Notes: generated by a model from the sequence alone, not told the origin. DNA of 64,000 bases from Aulosira sp. ZfuVER01 (GCA_034530615.2 JAVRCV020000008.1:32001-96000); one strand, 5' to 3'. Numbered from the stretch's first letter, positions 9,526-20,087 are shown. Translations and numbers: made by a program.

Positions 9526-9812
9526 ATAGTTATTCTCCCTGGAATTCAGCTGCTTTCCCAGGTTACAGGTAGCAGTAGGGAGTAGACTTCACCCAGGCGT
9601 CTCACCTAATTGGGTGAACTAAGAGACTTTCAAATAAAAAAATATCCCATCGCTATGAATGCAGGGGAGCAGCGCCTCGGCTCCGCTCGGCAACCAGGAG
9701 CAGGGGAGAGGAACAGTCATATTGAATTAATGAAGTTCCAAGACTCGTCAACCATTAGCGAAAGTAACGCACTATCTTTATTGTTAATGGTGCGTTACTT
9801 AATTACGAATTA

Positions 9813-10382
9813 TTAATGTTGATTAACTCGCTCAAGTAGCCACAGTGAAGAGACAGTACCGACAAAATGAGCTGCAATTCCATTGATATTTGCTACCGCC
9901 ACAAACACATCAAGCGCGCGAATAATTTTATAAGGGTCAGTGATTGCTACTCCTGGAGGTTGGGAGATAGATTTTGCTACTAATACTCCTACCGTTGAAC
10001 CAGCACCTAGGAGCGTTAAAAGTATACCTATCAAAGCTGCGATTATTCCTAGTCGAATTACCTTAACTGTATCTGCCTTACTAGGATGAAGCGCTGGATT
10101 TACATTTCTTAAGCGCTTACCTATGCGGGTATAACGAAAATCCCAATATATAGTAAATAATAAAACGAGAATTCCAAATGCAGCCCAAAACATCCCAACC
10201 CCAATACCTGCATTTGGTTGATCGGCAAAACCTCGACCACTAGCAGCAAACAACAAAGCCAAGCCAGAAACCACAGCCAATCCCAACTGTACCCAAAAGG
10301 TAATCCAGCCTGTGATGTAAATGGTATTAGCGATTCCTTGAATTTCTGGTGCGAGCGAACGCATTTCTGATTCAGTCTGCAT
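9813..10382 (-). CDS. DUF3611 family membrane protein
   Basis: GWITFWVQL, IIRALDVFV..ANIN.IAAHF pattern, several TM segments; start taken at MQTESE. Confidence 0.85.
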   Translation of the reverse strand: MQTESEMRSLAPEIQGIANTIYITGWITFWVQLGLAVVSGLALLFAASGRGFADQPNAGIGVGMFWAAFGILVLLFTIYWDFRYTRIGKRLRNVNPALHPSKADTVKVIRLGIIAALIGILLTLLGAGSTVGVLVAKSISQPPGVAITDPYKIIRALDVFVAVANINGIAAHFVGTVSSLWLLERVNQH

Positions 10383-10643
10383 ATTACTTTCCATCTGATT
10401 AGCTCCCCCCCAATCGTCAAGAATATCTCTACAGCTTTCCCCATACCCCCATCCCCAGGCAGAATTACTACCACATCCTGGGAAATACAATCGCAACTAT
10501 ATAGTAGTGCTGGCGGAAATTCCTCCGGCTGATGACGAGTAATCAAACTCAAGGATGATGAGAGAACAGAGCTAAATTGCCAATATTAGACTTGAATGTG
10601 TGAAATTTTTATATTTGCTAGCGATCGCAAAGGATAAGGCGGC

Positions 10644-11117
10644 ATGATTAGATCTTGGATGGTAATTGGGGGTTTAGCTTTCGTAGTAGCCTTAGCGGCC
10701 AATTTTATTACACCAAGCGATCGCAAGTGGTTCGAGCGATTGCAACGCCCCAGATGGCTAACTTTTGAAGCAGCAATTCCCATCATCTGGACTGTAATTT
10801 TTATTTGCGGCGCTTGGTCAGCTTATATTGTTTGGGAAAGAAACCCAGGAACCAACGCCACTTGGTTACTGATGGGTTTGTATCTACTCCTAGAAATTGT
10901 GACTATTGCCTACACCCCTGTGATGTTTCGACTCCGTAGCCTGAAAGTCGGTACAATTCTAGGCGGCACAGGTTTTATTATTGGTTTATTATTGGCACTT
11001 GCAGTCTTAACTACTTCTGGTTGGGCAGCTCTATTACTAGTTCCTTACTTACTGTGGAGTCCCATCGGTACTTATACTACTTGGCAAATGCTTCACCTTA
11101 ATCCGCAAGCTGCCTGA
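10644..11117 (+). CDS. TspO/MBR tryptophan-rich sensory protein
   Basis: WFERLQRPRWL, LLVPYLLW, five hydrophobic segments. Confidence 0.9.
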   Translation: MIRSWMVIGGLAFVVALAANFITPSDRKWFERLQRPRWLTFEAAIPIIWTVIFICGAWSAYIVWERNPGTNATWLLMGLYLLLEIVTIAYTPVMFRLRSLKVGTILGGTGFIIGLLLALAVLTTSGWAALLLVPYLLWSPIGTYTTWQMLHLNPQAA

Positions 11118-11157
11118 TATCAATTTTGGATTTTGGATTAAACCAATCAGAATTTAG

Positions 11158-11266
11158 TAGTGGCGTGGCAAGCCTAAAATGTTGCAATAAAAAAGGTTCG
11201 TAGTTGCGCTTTAGCGCCCTATCAATTAGAAATTTAATGCACAACTTTAGCATTGCCAGGCCAGTA
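11158..11266. mobile_element. MITE-like element with ~29-bp imperfect TIRs
   Basis: tagtggcgtggcaagcctaaaatgttgca ... tgcacaactttagcattgccaggccagta. Confidence 0.65.
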
Positions 11267-11298
11267 GGGTGCGTTAGGACTGATGTCCATAACGCACC
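11264..11298. repeat. GTAG-type REP-like palindrome
   Basis: gtagggtgcgttaggactgatgtccataacgcacc; related copies near 13870 and 55994. Confidence 0.6.
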
Positions 11299-11369
11299 GA
11301 AAATTTTTGATAGTACCATTCCCACAGGAATAACACACTTACTGGCGAATAGTGTTCTACAAGTTGTAA

Positions 11370-12275
11370 TTATTCATTTTTATGGTTAATTTTAAAGAGA
11401 AACTGTCGCCTTTTTTCCTGCTGACGTACTCTTTTTTCTTCAGTAAGGCTATCAAAACAGTAGGGGCAAGCAATACCTTCCTCATACTGAGGTGAAGCCT
11501 TATCTGCCGCAGAAACTGGGCGACCACAACCTTGACACATATCATAGCTGCCTTCTTCCAAGCCGTGACGGACAGCAACTCGTTCATCAAAAACAAAACA
11601 TTCTCCTTCCCACAAGCTTTCTTGGGCAGGAACTTCTTCTAAATATTTGAGAATACCGCCCTTCAAGTGATAAACTTCCGCAAAGCCTTGCGACAGCATA
11701 AAGGATGAAGCTTTCTCACAACGAATACCGCCAGTACAAAACAGCGCTATCTTTTTGTGTTTATTGGGGTCAAGCTGCTGCTGGACATAATCGGGAAACT
11801 CTCGAAATGTATTAGTTTGAGGATTTTCTGCCCTTTTAAAAGTACCGATATTCACCTCGTAATCGTTGCGGGTGTCAATCACTGTCACCTCCGGATCAGA
11901 AATTAACTCATTCCATTCTTGAGGACTGACATAAGTACCAACCTGTTCATTCGGGTCAACTTCCGGTAATCCCAAAGTGACAATTTCTGACTTCAACCGC
12001 ACCTTCATGCGTTCAAATGGCGGGGTGTCAGTATAAGATTCCTTATGTTCTAAGTCTGCCAACCGAGGATCGGAACGCAGAAATTCCAGAACTGAGTCAA
12101 CAGCCTGACGAGAACCCGCAATTGTCCCATTAATACCTTCTTGTGCCAACAGGATTGTGCCCTTCATCCCTTGCTGTTGGCAGTAAGATAACAAAGAGTC
12201 TCGTTTCTCGGCAAAATCTGGCAAACTGACGAATTTATAAAGTGTTGCAACAACTAGGCTATTTTCTTGCTTCAT
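11370..12275 (-). CDS. trhO: Rhodanese-domain tRNA U34 hydroxylase (TrhO/UPF0176)
   Basis: [44 protein letters not shown]. Confidence 0.9.
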   Translation of the reverse strand: MKQENSLVVATLYKFVSLPDFAEKRDSLLSYCQQQGMKGTILLAQEGINGTIAGSRQAVDSVLEFLRSDPRLADLEHKESYTDTPPFERMKVRLKSEIVTLGLPEVDPNEQVGTYVSPQEWNELISDPEVTVIDTRNDYEVNIGTFKRAENPQTNTFREFPDYVQQQLDPNKHKKIALFCTGGIRCEKASSFMLSQGFAEVYHLKGGILKYLEEVPAQESLWEGECFVFDERVAVRHGLEEGSYDMCQGCGRPVSAADKASPQYEEGIACPYCFDSLTEEKRVRQQEKRRQFLFKINHKNE

Positions 12276-12346
12276 TCCTTTGGCAACGGAACCATCTTAA
12301 GTTACAATGACGAAAGTAGATTAATCACCTACTTCTTTAATTTTAT

Positions 12347-12419
12347 GGGGGTTTAGCTCAGTTGGTAGAGCGCCTGCTTTGCAAGCAGGATGTCAGCGGT
12401 TCGAGTCCGCTAACCTCCA
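12347..12419 (+). tRNA. trnA: tRNA-Ala(UGC)
   Basis: GGGGGTTTAGCTCAGTTGGTAGAGCG-CCTGC-TTTGCAA-GCAGG-ATGTCAGCGGTTCGAGTCCGCTAACCTCCA; cloverleaf, G3:U70, anticodon TGC, CCA not encoded. Confidence 0.98.
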
Positions 12420-12635
12420 TTAATTCACACAATGCAAACTTCAGATTAGAAGATTCTCTCATCAAAGAGAGTACAGCGACCGTGACCGCATAAACTATTT
12501 TGTCCGTATGCCCTATGGCTGCACATCCTTTAATAAAAATAGGGCATTTGGGTTTTTACAAGTTCTGATGTGAGAATGCTATAAAATAATTTTAAAATTC
12601 CAGCGGCTCACTCCAGTTTTGAGGTCAAACATTAT

Positions 12636-13331
12636 TTGCAAGCAAAAAATATTAAAAAACAATTAAAATTGCTGATCGAGGAAGCATCTGCAATAGATCC
12701 TAGTTTGGCGAAAAGGTTAAATGAGATTAATCGCTGGGTTAAAGATGTTAAGCCTGGTTCCTTAACTGCTAAAAAATTTGTACTCTTTTTTCTGCAACAA
12801 ATAATTAAAGATGCTCTAATTTGGCTGGATATTCAAGCCCTAGCCTCGGAAGAGGAGCAACAACAGTATTATGAGCGCATGACACCAACGGAATATTTTT
12901 GGTATAAATATTTATTTCCCAAATGGCTCAATCAACTAGATCCAAAGTTTTCTATATGGAAACAAAGATTAATGGCTGGGGATTTTACTCAAGCTGATAC
13001 TCATGTTCTGCAAATGGTTGCTAGTGATATCGTCCATCGTGAAGGTACTTTTTGGCAATGTTATATTGCAGACTTCTCAATGGCGACTGATATAATTGTC
13101 AGTAGTAGGCAAAACGATCCACTGTGCATACAGATCACTAGCCTCGCTGATGAATTTTGCCAAGAAAAGTCTGATAATTGGGAAAATACTTTACGACGCT
13201 GGGGGATAGATAGAGGTTTATTCTTAAGTTACAATCCCCACATTACGGATTTTGTCAATCAAGTAGTGAATATATCACTGTATAACAGCGATCATTTGAA
13301 AACGGGCGTTTATTTAAAATTTAGTTTATAG
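12636..13331 (+). CDS. Hypothetical protein, possible PD-(D/E)XK-like nuclease fold in C-terminal half
   Basis: 231-aa ORF with TTG start; AD..MATDIIV....PLCIQIT resembles the D...(E/Q)xK/T core. Confidence 0.7.
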   Translation: MQAKNIKKQLKLLIEEASAIDPSLAKRLNEINRWVKDVKPGSLTAKKFVLFFLQQIIKDALIWLDIQALASEEEQQQYYERMTPTEYFWYKYLFPKWLNQLDPKFSIWKQRLMAGDFTQADTHVLQMVASDIVHREGTFWQCYIADFSMATDIIVSSRQNDPLCIQITSLADEFCQEKSDNWENTLRRWGIDRGLFLSYNPHITDFVNQVVNISLYNSDHLKTGVYLKFSL

Positions 13332-13375
13332 TTTTAGGTCATTTTCCTTCACTGTCTTAACCAAATTACATTATT

Positions 13376-13840
13376 ATGGGGAAACAAAGGCCAGTTGAAC
13401 CTCCAGAAAGATTGGAAAAATTTTTAGAACATTTAGAAGCAGCTAGAGAATTACAAAGAAATTGGATGACTTATGGACTTGACTGTGTAGACATCTATTT
13501 TGAGGATGTGGATGAAGACTGGTGGGAAAAGTGGGTAGAAGAAGACCACCAGAGTTTTGTAAATTCAGTAATAGAGTTCCTCAAAAGTGACGACTGGGTT
13601 GCGGTAAGAGTACGCAAGCAGCTAGCAAACAAACCCATCCTAGAAATTGCCGAAAAGCTAGAAAAATACCTGAGTTTCCCAGAAGCAGAGCGAATATTTG
13701 CTATAAAAAACTTTTTAGCAGGTAGGTTTACAGTTACAGAAAATAACCGCAATATCAGTAATGAAATTGATGAAATTGAAATTTGCGATTTAGTAGCAGA
13801 ACTTTTAGAGAAATTAGTAGAGATTCAAGACAGAACCTAA
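13376..13840 (+). CDS. Acidic hypothetical protein
   Basis: 154-aa Glu/Asp-rich ORF, 44 bp downstream of the previous gene. Confidence 0.75.
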   Translation: MGKQRPVEPPERLEKFLEHLEAARELQRNWMTYGLDCVDIYFEDVDEDWWEKWVEEDHQSFVNSVIEFLKSDDWVAVRVRKQLANKPILEIAEKLEKYLSFPEAERIFAIKNFLAGRFTVTENNRNISNEIDEIEICDLVAELLEKLVEIQDRT

Positions 13841-14072
13841 GAGAAATTTACTCGCATTTCTCACAAGCAGTAGGGGCGGGTTGACAGATTACGACCAATC
13901 ATTCGCGAATATCTCACTCAACCTGCCTTTAAGACCTCTAGGCAAACGAAAAGCTTCGGCTTGAGAATAGGAGTGAGAAATCCGGGTTTAAGTATTTTTA
14001 TTCAGTACCTTATTTTTTATTCCCGGCTGAAAAGCATGGGGGTCTTCAGCATGTCTTATATAAGACAAAAAA

Positions 14073-14203
14073 TAGTAGGGCTAACGCATCTCAACTCTAG
14101 AGGTTGTATAAAATAAGGCTTTTAAAATTTCTAAGCAAAGATACTTAGAGCCTCAAATCCTTGATGGAAACAAGTTTTACAACTAAATTTGTTAGCCCCA
14201 CTG
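14073..14203. mobile_element. MITE-like/IS-end remnant
   Basis: agtagggctaac ... gttagccccact, 11/12 inverted match. Confidence 0.45.
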
Positions 14204-14416
14204 TAAACTGACGTACTCACTATAACTTTATGCCTTCTATTAACCCTGTTTTACTATGGGAAAAAATCATAAAAAATCAGGTATTTAGGCTAGCAGAGAA
14301 AATTTAGTTAAGTTGAGAAATTTTAATGTCCTCAGGAAAAGCCCAGATACTACCTTTTAATTCTTGAGCAAAATCTGCTGATGGTCGGGGTCAATTCAAA
14401 ATCTATTGGCTGTGAG

Positions 14417-15460
14417 TTACTCAAACTCAGTTTCACAAAAAGCTGTTAACAAATCTATACAGTTAGCGATCGCTCCTAAATGAGCAATTTCATAACCATG
14501 CGTGTTTTGTGTCGGAAACGCCAAACAAGCAGCACGACCCACATGACCAAATTTCATCGCAATCGAAGCATCGCTACCAAACTGACTCAAGATTGTTAGC
14601 TGCACTGGTATATCCCTTTGTTTAGCACAATGGCGCAGTTGCTCATTTAGCGTTTCATCATAAATACCATAAGCATCTTGAGAAAGGAGTGCAGGGCTTT
14701 TACCATCCTCAATGGGATATTCGCTAGATAGGGGACAAATTTCCAAAGCAATCAAAGCATCTAATACCTGATTTTGGGTGAAAAATAGTGCCCCAATTGC
14801 GCCAACTTCTTCTTTTGCTGACGCCACCAAATAAACATCGACTGCTGGCTGTTTCACTTGTTGAGCCAGAGCCAAGAGAATCGCTATAGAGGCTTTGTTA
14901 TCTAAAGTGTAACTGGCGATATGATCCTTTAACCTGACTGGGCGTTTGCGATGCTTGCCAATTACCATTCTCGTTCCAGGTCGAATACCAGCAGTTTCGA
15001 GTTCGTCCGCGGTCAGTTTTGTTTCAATCCAGGCATTTTCCCACTTCACAGCAGTATCTTCCTGTTGGACTTTTTGCGGTGATTCATGGGAGACGTGACG
15101 AGAACCAAAGCTGAGAATACCGCTAATAGTTTCGCGATCGCCCAATAAATCTACAACACCTTCACCGTAAACCCACGGGTAAGAACCACCTAGCTTACGG
15201 ACTTCAACACGACCGTTATCGCCAATAGTTTTGACAATTGCACCAATTTCGTCTTTATGAGCAGTAATCGCAATTGCTTTGCCAGGATTTTTACCAGGAA
15301 GTTTGGCAATTACATTATCCGCGTGATCGCACCACACTTCCAAGCCCAGATTGCTAAATTCCTGGAGCAAAAATTCGTTAATTTCAGTTTCTACACCACT
15401 AGGAGAATGGTGCATGACCAATTCTTCAATTATTTTAAATAACTGCTCGTAATCCCACAT
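14417..15460 (-). CDS. M42 family metallopeptidase
   Basis: SPSGVE, TAHKDEIG, LDNK, KEEVG, GSDA, THGYE. Confidence 0.9.
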   Translation of the reverse strand: MWDYEQLFKIIEELVMHHSPSGVETEINEFLLQEFSNLGLEVWCDHADNVIAKLPGKNPGKAIAITAHKDEIGAIVKTIGDNGRVEVRKLGGSYPWVYGEGVVDLLGDRETISGILSFGSRHVSHESPQKVQQEDTAVKWENAWIETKLTADELETAGIRPGTRMVIGKHRKRPVRLKDHIASYTLDNKASIAILLALAQQVKQPAVDVYLVASAKEEVGAIGALFFTQNQVLDALIALEICPLSSEYPIEDGKSPALLSQDAYGIYDETLNEQLRHCAKQRDIPVQLTILSQFGSDASIAMKFGHVGRAACLAFPTQNTHGYEIAHLGAIANCIDLLTAFCETEFE

Positions 15461-15529
15461 AGATATATGATTTTAAGTTAACAATTAAGTATCAAGATTT
15501 TTACTGAAAATCCCATATTCAGGGGTAAT

Positions 15530-16306
15530 ATGCAAGCTATATCCACAGCCAAGCCAAACTTTTTTCAGCAACCCACCTTTGCTTCGTTGAAAGAAGAACG
15601 CCTGCACCGCAAGCAACGCCTAGCAGCAGCATTTCGTCTATTCGCGCGATTTGGATTTGATGAAGGTATTGCAGGTCATATTACTGTACGTGACCCAGAA
15701 CACCCTGAACAGTTTTGGGTAAACCCCTTAGGAAAACACTTCGGTTTAATTCGAGTCAGTGACCTGATTTTAGTAAATCAGAAAGGAGAGGTAATCGCAG
15801 GCGATCGCCCAGTAAATACAGCAGCCTTTGCCATTCATTCCCAAATTCATGCAGCACGTCCCGATGTCGTAGCAGCAGCTCATGCTCATTCTATCTACGG
15901 CAAAAGCTGGTCTAGCCTCGGTCGCCTCCTCGACCCCCTGACTCAAGATGCTTGTGCTTTCTATCAAGACCATAGCCTCTTTGATGACTATACAGGCGTG
16001 GTTTTAGAACTAGCAGAAGGTAAGCGCATTGCTCAAACATTAGCCAATAATAAAGCCATCATTCTCAAGAATCATGGCTTGCTCACCGTCGGTCATTCAG
16101 TTGATGAAGCTGCTTGGTGGTTTATTACTATGGAGCGTTCTTGTCAAGCCCAATTACTTGCTGAGGCCGCAGGTAAACCTAGCTTAATTAAACCAGAATC
16201 TGCTAGTGTGGCACATCAGCAAGTAGGAGGACATGATTTAGGTTGGTTTAGCTTTCAACCTTTGTACGAGTTGATTGTCCAGCAGGAACCTGATTTGCTG
16301 TCGTAA
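15530..16306 (+). CDS. Class II aldolase/adducin family protein
   Basis: GHITVRDP, IHSQIH, AHAHS, LKNHGLL. Confidence 0.92.
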   Translation: MQAISTAKPNFFQQPTFASLKEERLHRKQRLAAAFRLFARFGFDEGIAGHITVRDPEHPEQFWVNPLGKHFGLIRVSDLILVNQKGEVIAGDRPVNTAAFAIHSQIHAARPDVVAAAHAHSIYGKSWSSLGRLLDPLTQDACAFYQDHSLFDDYTGVVLELAEGKRIAQTLANNKAIILKNHGLLTVGHSVDEAAWWFITMERSCQAQLLAEAAGKPSLIKPESASVAHQQVGGHDLGWFSFQPLYELIVQQEPDLLS

Positions 16307-17312
16307 CCAGTAACTTTTTGCGTTTACGCTTTAGTACTGCTGCTGCACCCCAAGCGCCAATTGCCAACGTCCCCAATGCTGTTGAAGGTTCGGGGACTGA
16401 CTTCGCCTCTATCGCTGCCAGTGCTCTGTCTGCTATCAGCTTTTGCGCAGCGGTCGTGGGATGGACTTCATCCCAAAACAAATACTGGTTTGGATTAGAA
16501 CAGAATTCGTAAGTTGTTTGACTCGTTTGTACTCGGCAAGAGTTAGCGACATTTGTAAAACCGAAGGTGCCAGGAGATTTACTCACCTGATCAAATAGAG
16601 AATAAGTATCAACAGAAATGATGTTGAGATTCGGGTTGTTACTCAAACCATCCAAGGTTTGCTTTAAGGTAGTGTTATATTGATCAACCGCATCGTGTAC
16701 AGATTGCGGTGCAGTTCCCTGAAATAAAGGTACTTTACTCAAATCTGGCAAATTAAAGACGAGAATATTTTTTGCGCCAACTGCTACAAGAGTATTCAAA
16801 GCCTGCGATATTCTATCGGCTGGGGGTGTAGAGTCATTCGGATTCGGAGGAAAAATAAAATCGTTCGCACCTCCCCACACAGTATAAAGTGCATTGGGAT
16901 CAGCCTTCGGATTGTTTGCTGCGAAACCCTGGACTTGTTCCAGCACTCCTGGTAAATGTTGGCCTGGTGGATCTGGCACGACAGCATTACCAAAACCAGC
17001 ACGAGCACCACCAAAGGCGAAGTTAACGCCTCCGTTAGGAAATTTAGGATCGGTCACTAATGTTGGCTGGGTAATCTTTAGCTGATCTGCGAGATAATCT
17101 ACCCAGATCTGACCATTAGAAAAACGCCCCGGAAAAACCGACGAATAAAGTGAGCTTTGAGGGTATGCCCCTCCCGTAGCATTAAATATGTTACCTGTAT
17201 CGGAAAGACTATCGCCAAATACATACATTGCACCAAATTGTGCAGCATTTGCCTTCAGTGGCAACATGAAAGAGAAGAGAACAAATCCTGCCGCTACGAA
17301 TTGTTTTTTCAT
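16248..17312 (-). CDS. SGNH/GDSL hydrolase with PEP-CTERM sorting signal
   Basis: Signal peptide, FGDSLSDTGN, GRFSNG, GANDF, FWDEVHPT, then VPEPST + TM + KRKRKK. Confidence 0.93.
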   Translation of the reverse strand: MKKQFVAAGFVLFSFMLPLKANAAQFGAMYVFGDSLSDTGNIFNATGGAYPQSSLYSSVFPGRFSNGQIWVDYLADQLKITQPTLVTDPKFPNGGVNFAFGGARAGFGNAVVPDPPGQHLPGVLEQVQGFAANNPKADPNALYTVWGGANDFIFPPNPNDSTPPADRISQALNTLVAVGAKNILVFNLPDLSKVPLFQGTAPQSVHDAVDQYNTTLKQTLDGLSNNPNLNIISVDTYSLFDQVSKSPGTFGFTNVANSCRVQTSQTTYEFCSNPNQYLFWDEVHPTTAAQKLIADRALAAIEAKSVPEPSTALGTLAIGAWGAAAVLKRKRKKLLVTTANQVPAGQSTRTKVES

Positions 17313-17701
17313 GATTATTTTACCTGGTATTACTTGGTGCTTATTAACCTAAAAAGCTGTAAGTGAATAAATAAACTTACTGATTTTCTTTTTGGCTGCT
17401 GCAAAAAACATATTTTTTTAATTATCAAAATTATTTGCGTGTTTCTAACGAGGTAACAGCAAAATATTCATCAATAAAATATTAAGCTTAAATGATGGTT
17501 TATGCCTAAATTTACTGAATTTTTATATATAAGCTACAGTTTTTTTACAAAGAAATTACAGAGGTTAACTCTCAAAAATTAGTAAGTTGAAATACTTACC
17601 TACTTGTAACTATAGATCAATACGGTTGAGATAGCTGCATCCTACAAGCGATCGCTACCTTTAACTAAAATGTAGTGAAATATGGGCTAACCACCCCATA
17701 A

Positions 17702-19117
17702 TTAGGTTTGTGGACGCTTTAACTTTAAAGCATCAACAGCCGATATTCCTTCACTCTGAGTTCCGAAATACCACAAAGCCGCCGCCGCCTCAGCACGAGT
17801 AACAGGTTTTTTGGGTTGAAACAGTGTGGTATACCCGAATACTCTCCGGATATTAGATTGTTCGGCATTTTGATAATCAGCTAACACTGCTCTTAAAGCT
17901 TTCGGGTCAATTTTCCCCACATCCTGAAAACCCCAGGTTTGTTTGACTGCATCTAAGTTAGCAGCGGGTAAAGCTTGGCGAGTATCCAATGGTAACTTCC
18001 ACAGTATTAACTGCTCCCGCGTTAGAGGCGCATCTGGACGAAATAAAACTGCTGTGGTGTCGCCAGACAAGGAACTGGGAATTAATCCTGCTTCCGCTAA
18101 TCCTTGAATTTCGGGAAAATCAGGATCTTTTGAAGACACGTCACTAAAAGTAGGTTGAGCAGTTTCCGCAGCTAAACGAATTTGCTTCGCTGGATTGTTA
18201 ACATTCATCGCATTGTTAGCAGCCACTAGCCAACGAGCGTATTCCCGACGAGTTATGGTTTTGCTGGGTACGAATTGGTTAGTTGTCGTATTCGAGTTGC
18301 TCTTAGTTACTGGAGATTCTATAGATAAAACACCTAAATTTGCCAAGTCTTGGATGTGTTGTCGCAGTTCTTGAGGCGCTTTGTTCAAATCGCTAAATTG
18401 CTGTGAAGCTAATGTAGTTGTAGTAGTAGATTGACTATTAGATGTGTTTGTTGGCTGTGTTGCTACGTTTCCAGCTAGTACAGGCCCAATAAATTCAGGA
18501 TCGCCTGGTTGCGGAACTTCGTTAGGCGTTTGGGCGTTAGTAGTTTCGCTAGGATTGGTAGTTTGCGTAGGTTGTGCTGTGGCAGTGGTAGCAGGTAAGT
18601 ACTCAATCAGTAATTCAGTGGCTGTTTGTGGTTGATTGGGTGCTGGGTTAGTGACTGATTTAGCTTGAATAGAAACCTTCACCAGCAGATCGTTGCGCTG
18701 CGCCTCAAAAACTCCTCCCACATCATCTGTTGGTTTTTGCAAAATCTGCCAATTATTCGTTTGGAATTGGTCGCGGTAGAAATTTGCAATAAAATTGCTA
18801 GGGTCAGAACTTAGCCAACGAGTAGAGACTTTATTTTCTGCACCAGTAGTTGGTGTAACTTCCTCTAATTTGGCATTGGGATATAACGGAATATCTTGAG
18901 GAAAATCAGCTGGCAATTTAACTGTAGATTCGTTTTGCTGTGCTTGTAGTTGGTTACTCTTAGCTTCTCCAAACACAACTGGGTTAGTTTGCAACTGAGG
19001 ATCGGCCGCTACAGATTGCTCAAGGTTTTTGGCGACGGGACTATTAGCGCAGGCTGTTAACGAAGAAAGTAAAACAGCCAAACTTAGAAATACAGCTGGA
19101 TTTTTACAGGGCAGCAC
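17702..19117 (-). CDS. S-layer homology (SLH) domain lipoprotein
   Basis: Lipobox LTAC; SLH motifs ITRREYA, FRPDAPLTRE, FQPKKPVTRAEAA. Confidence 0.9.
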   Translation of the reverse strand: MLPCKNPAVFLSLAVLLSSLTACANSPVAKNLEQSVAADPQLQTNPVVFGEAKSNQLQAQQNESTVKLPADFPQDIPLYPNAKLEEVTPTTGAENKVSTRWLSSDPSNFIANFYRDQFQTNNWQILQKPTDDVGGVFEAQRNDLLVKVSIQAKSVTNPAPNQPQTATELLIEYLPATTATAQPTQTTNPSETTNAQTPNEVPQPGDPEFIGPVLAGNVATQPTNTSNSQSTTTTTLASQQFSDLNKAPQELRQHIQDLANLGVLSIESPVTKSNSNTTTNQFVPSKTITRREYARWLVAANNAMNVNNPAKQIRLAAETAQPTFSDVSSKDPDFPEIQGLAEAGLIPSSLSGDTTAVLFRPDAPLTREQLILWKLPLDTRQALPAANLDAVKQTWGFQDVGKIDPKALRAVLADYQNAEQSNIRRVFGYTTLFQPKKPVTRAEAAAALWYFGTQSEGISAVDALKLKRPQT

Positions 19118-19199
19118 AGGAAATTATCAAATCTGGTGACAATTCCTACCCTAGCGCAGACTGTCAACTGAAGCTAAAGTCTCAAGTAAGAAGTTTTAA

Positions 19200-20087
19200 T
19201 CACAAATTTAAGGTCAATTGTCTAACAACCGCAAAACTGAGTAGCCTAAGAGGAGAGCTAGAACCTTGGAACACTTTGACTCGTAGAAAGCGTCCAGTTA
19301 GCAAACGGACAATTCCCTTAACACGCGCCCAGAGCCTGACGGACAGTAACCTCAAATTACAACCATTATTACCAGCAGCATACAAGGGCATAAAAGCCAG
19401 CTTACCGTAGAGAATATCAGCACGGTGAGTTTTACTTAATTTATTTTGGTAATGCTCAGGATTAGGTAAACCTCCATGTTCACCATAGTTCCGCCAAGGA
19501 ATGTAGTTTTTCAGCTTTTTGTGGCGGAGAAAAGAATCAATACTAGAGTCCCAAGTTGAATAGTTCGTTACTCCAACTTTTTCTCGAATTTCCTCTGCCA
19601 GTTCTAGTAAGTAATTGGCACTTTGGGGAGTCACAATATAGGCAACGGCTGAAGTGGAAAACCCTTCAGCATAACCATCAGATGAAACATAGTATAGTTG
19701 CGGCGCACAAGTGTATAGCCAGCTAATACCGACATCATTTTGGTGAGGATTGAAGGGTAAAGGTAGCTGACCAAAACCTACTACTGGTACAAAATCTGCT
19801 TCAATAATCATCGTTGGTTGAGCTACTTGCATTGCTCGTTCCCAAGCTGTGCGATGGTTCATGAGGCAAAGATAACTCCGCGAAAAATTTTGATATTCTG
19901 GTTTGGCTTCCTGTCTCAGAACTTCAACATTGAACCCTTGACTAGTTAATAATTCTTCAATTTCCTGAGTTGATTCTTGATAAGCAATGATAAAAACTTT
20001 GCTAATGTGCTTAACAAGTTGATTTTGGCTAAATTCTTGCTTTGTAAAAGTCTCAATTTCCTTGATTTTATCATCATGAGTTTGCAT
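19200..20087 (-). CDS. Putative LPS/EPS glycosyltransferase (GT25-like)
   Basis: CLMNHRTAW, IIEADF, SAVAYIVTP; follows a GT2 gene. Confidence 0.75.
   Translation of the reverse strand: MQTHDDKIKEIETFTKQEFSQNQLVKHISKVFIIAYQESTQEIEELLTSQGFNVEVLRQEAKPEYQNFSRSYLCLMNHRTAWERAMQVAQPTMIIEADFVPVVGFGQLPLPFNPHQNDVGISWLYTCAPQLYYVSSDGYAEGFSTSAVAYIVTPQSANYLLELAEEIREKVGVTNYSTWDSSIDSFLRHKKLKNYIPWRNYGEHGGLPNPEHYQNKLSKTHRADILYGKLAFMPLYAAGNNGCNLRLLSVRLWARVKGIVRLLTGRFLRVKVFQGSSSPLRLLSFAVVRQLTLNL

Noticed and set aside
10121..10552. 143-aa ORF, and the upstream extension of the DUF3611 ORF to 10496
   Set aside because: Alternative frame overlapping DUF3611 with no motif; the extension runs through low-complexity leader sequence
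12347..12419. rRNA operon spacer context for tRNA-Ala(UGC)
   Set aside because: No 16S, 23S or tRNA-Ile sequence flanks it
12347..14410. Integrated prophage or ICE at tRNA-Ala
   Set aside because: No integrase and no duplicated tRNA 3' end found by eye; only a small cassette can be supported
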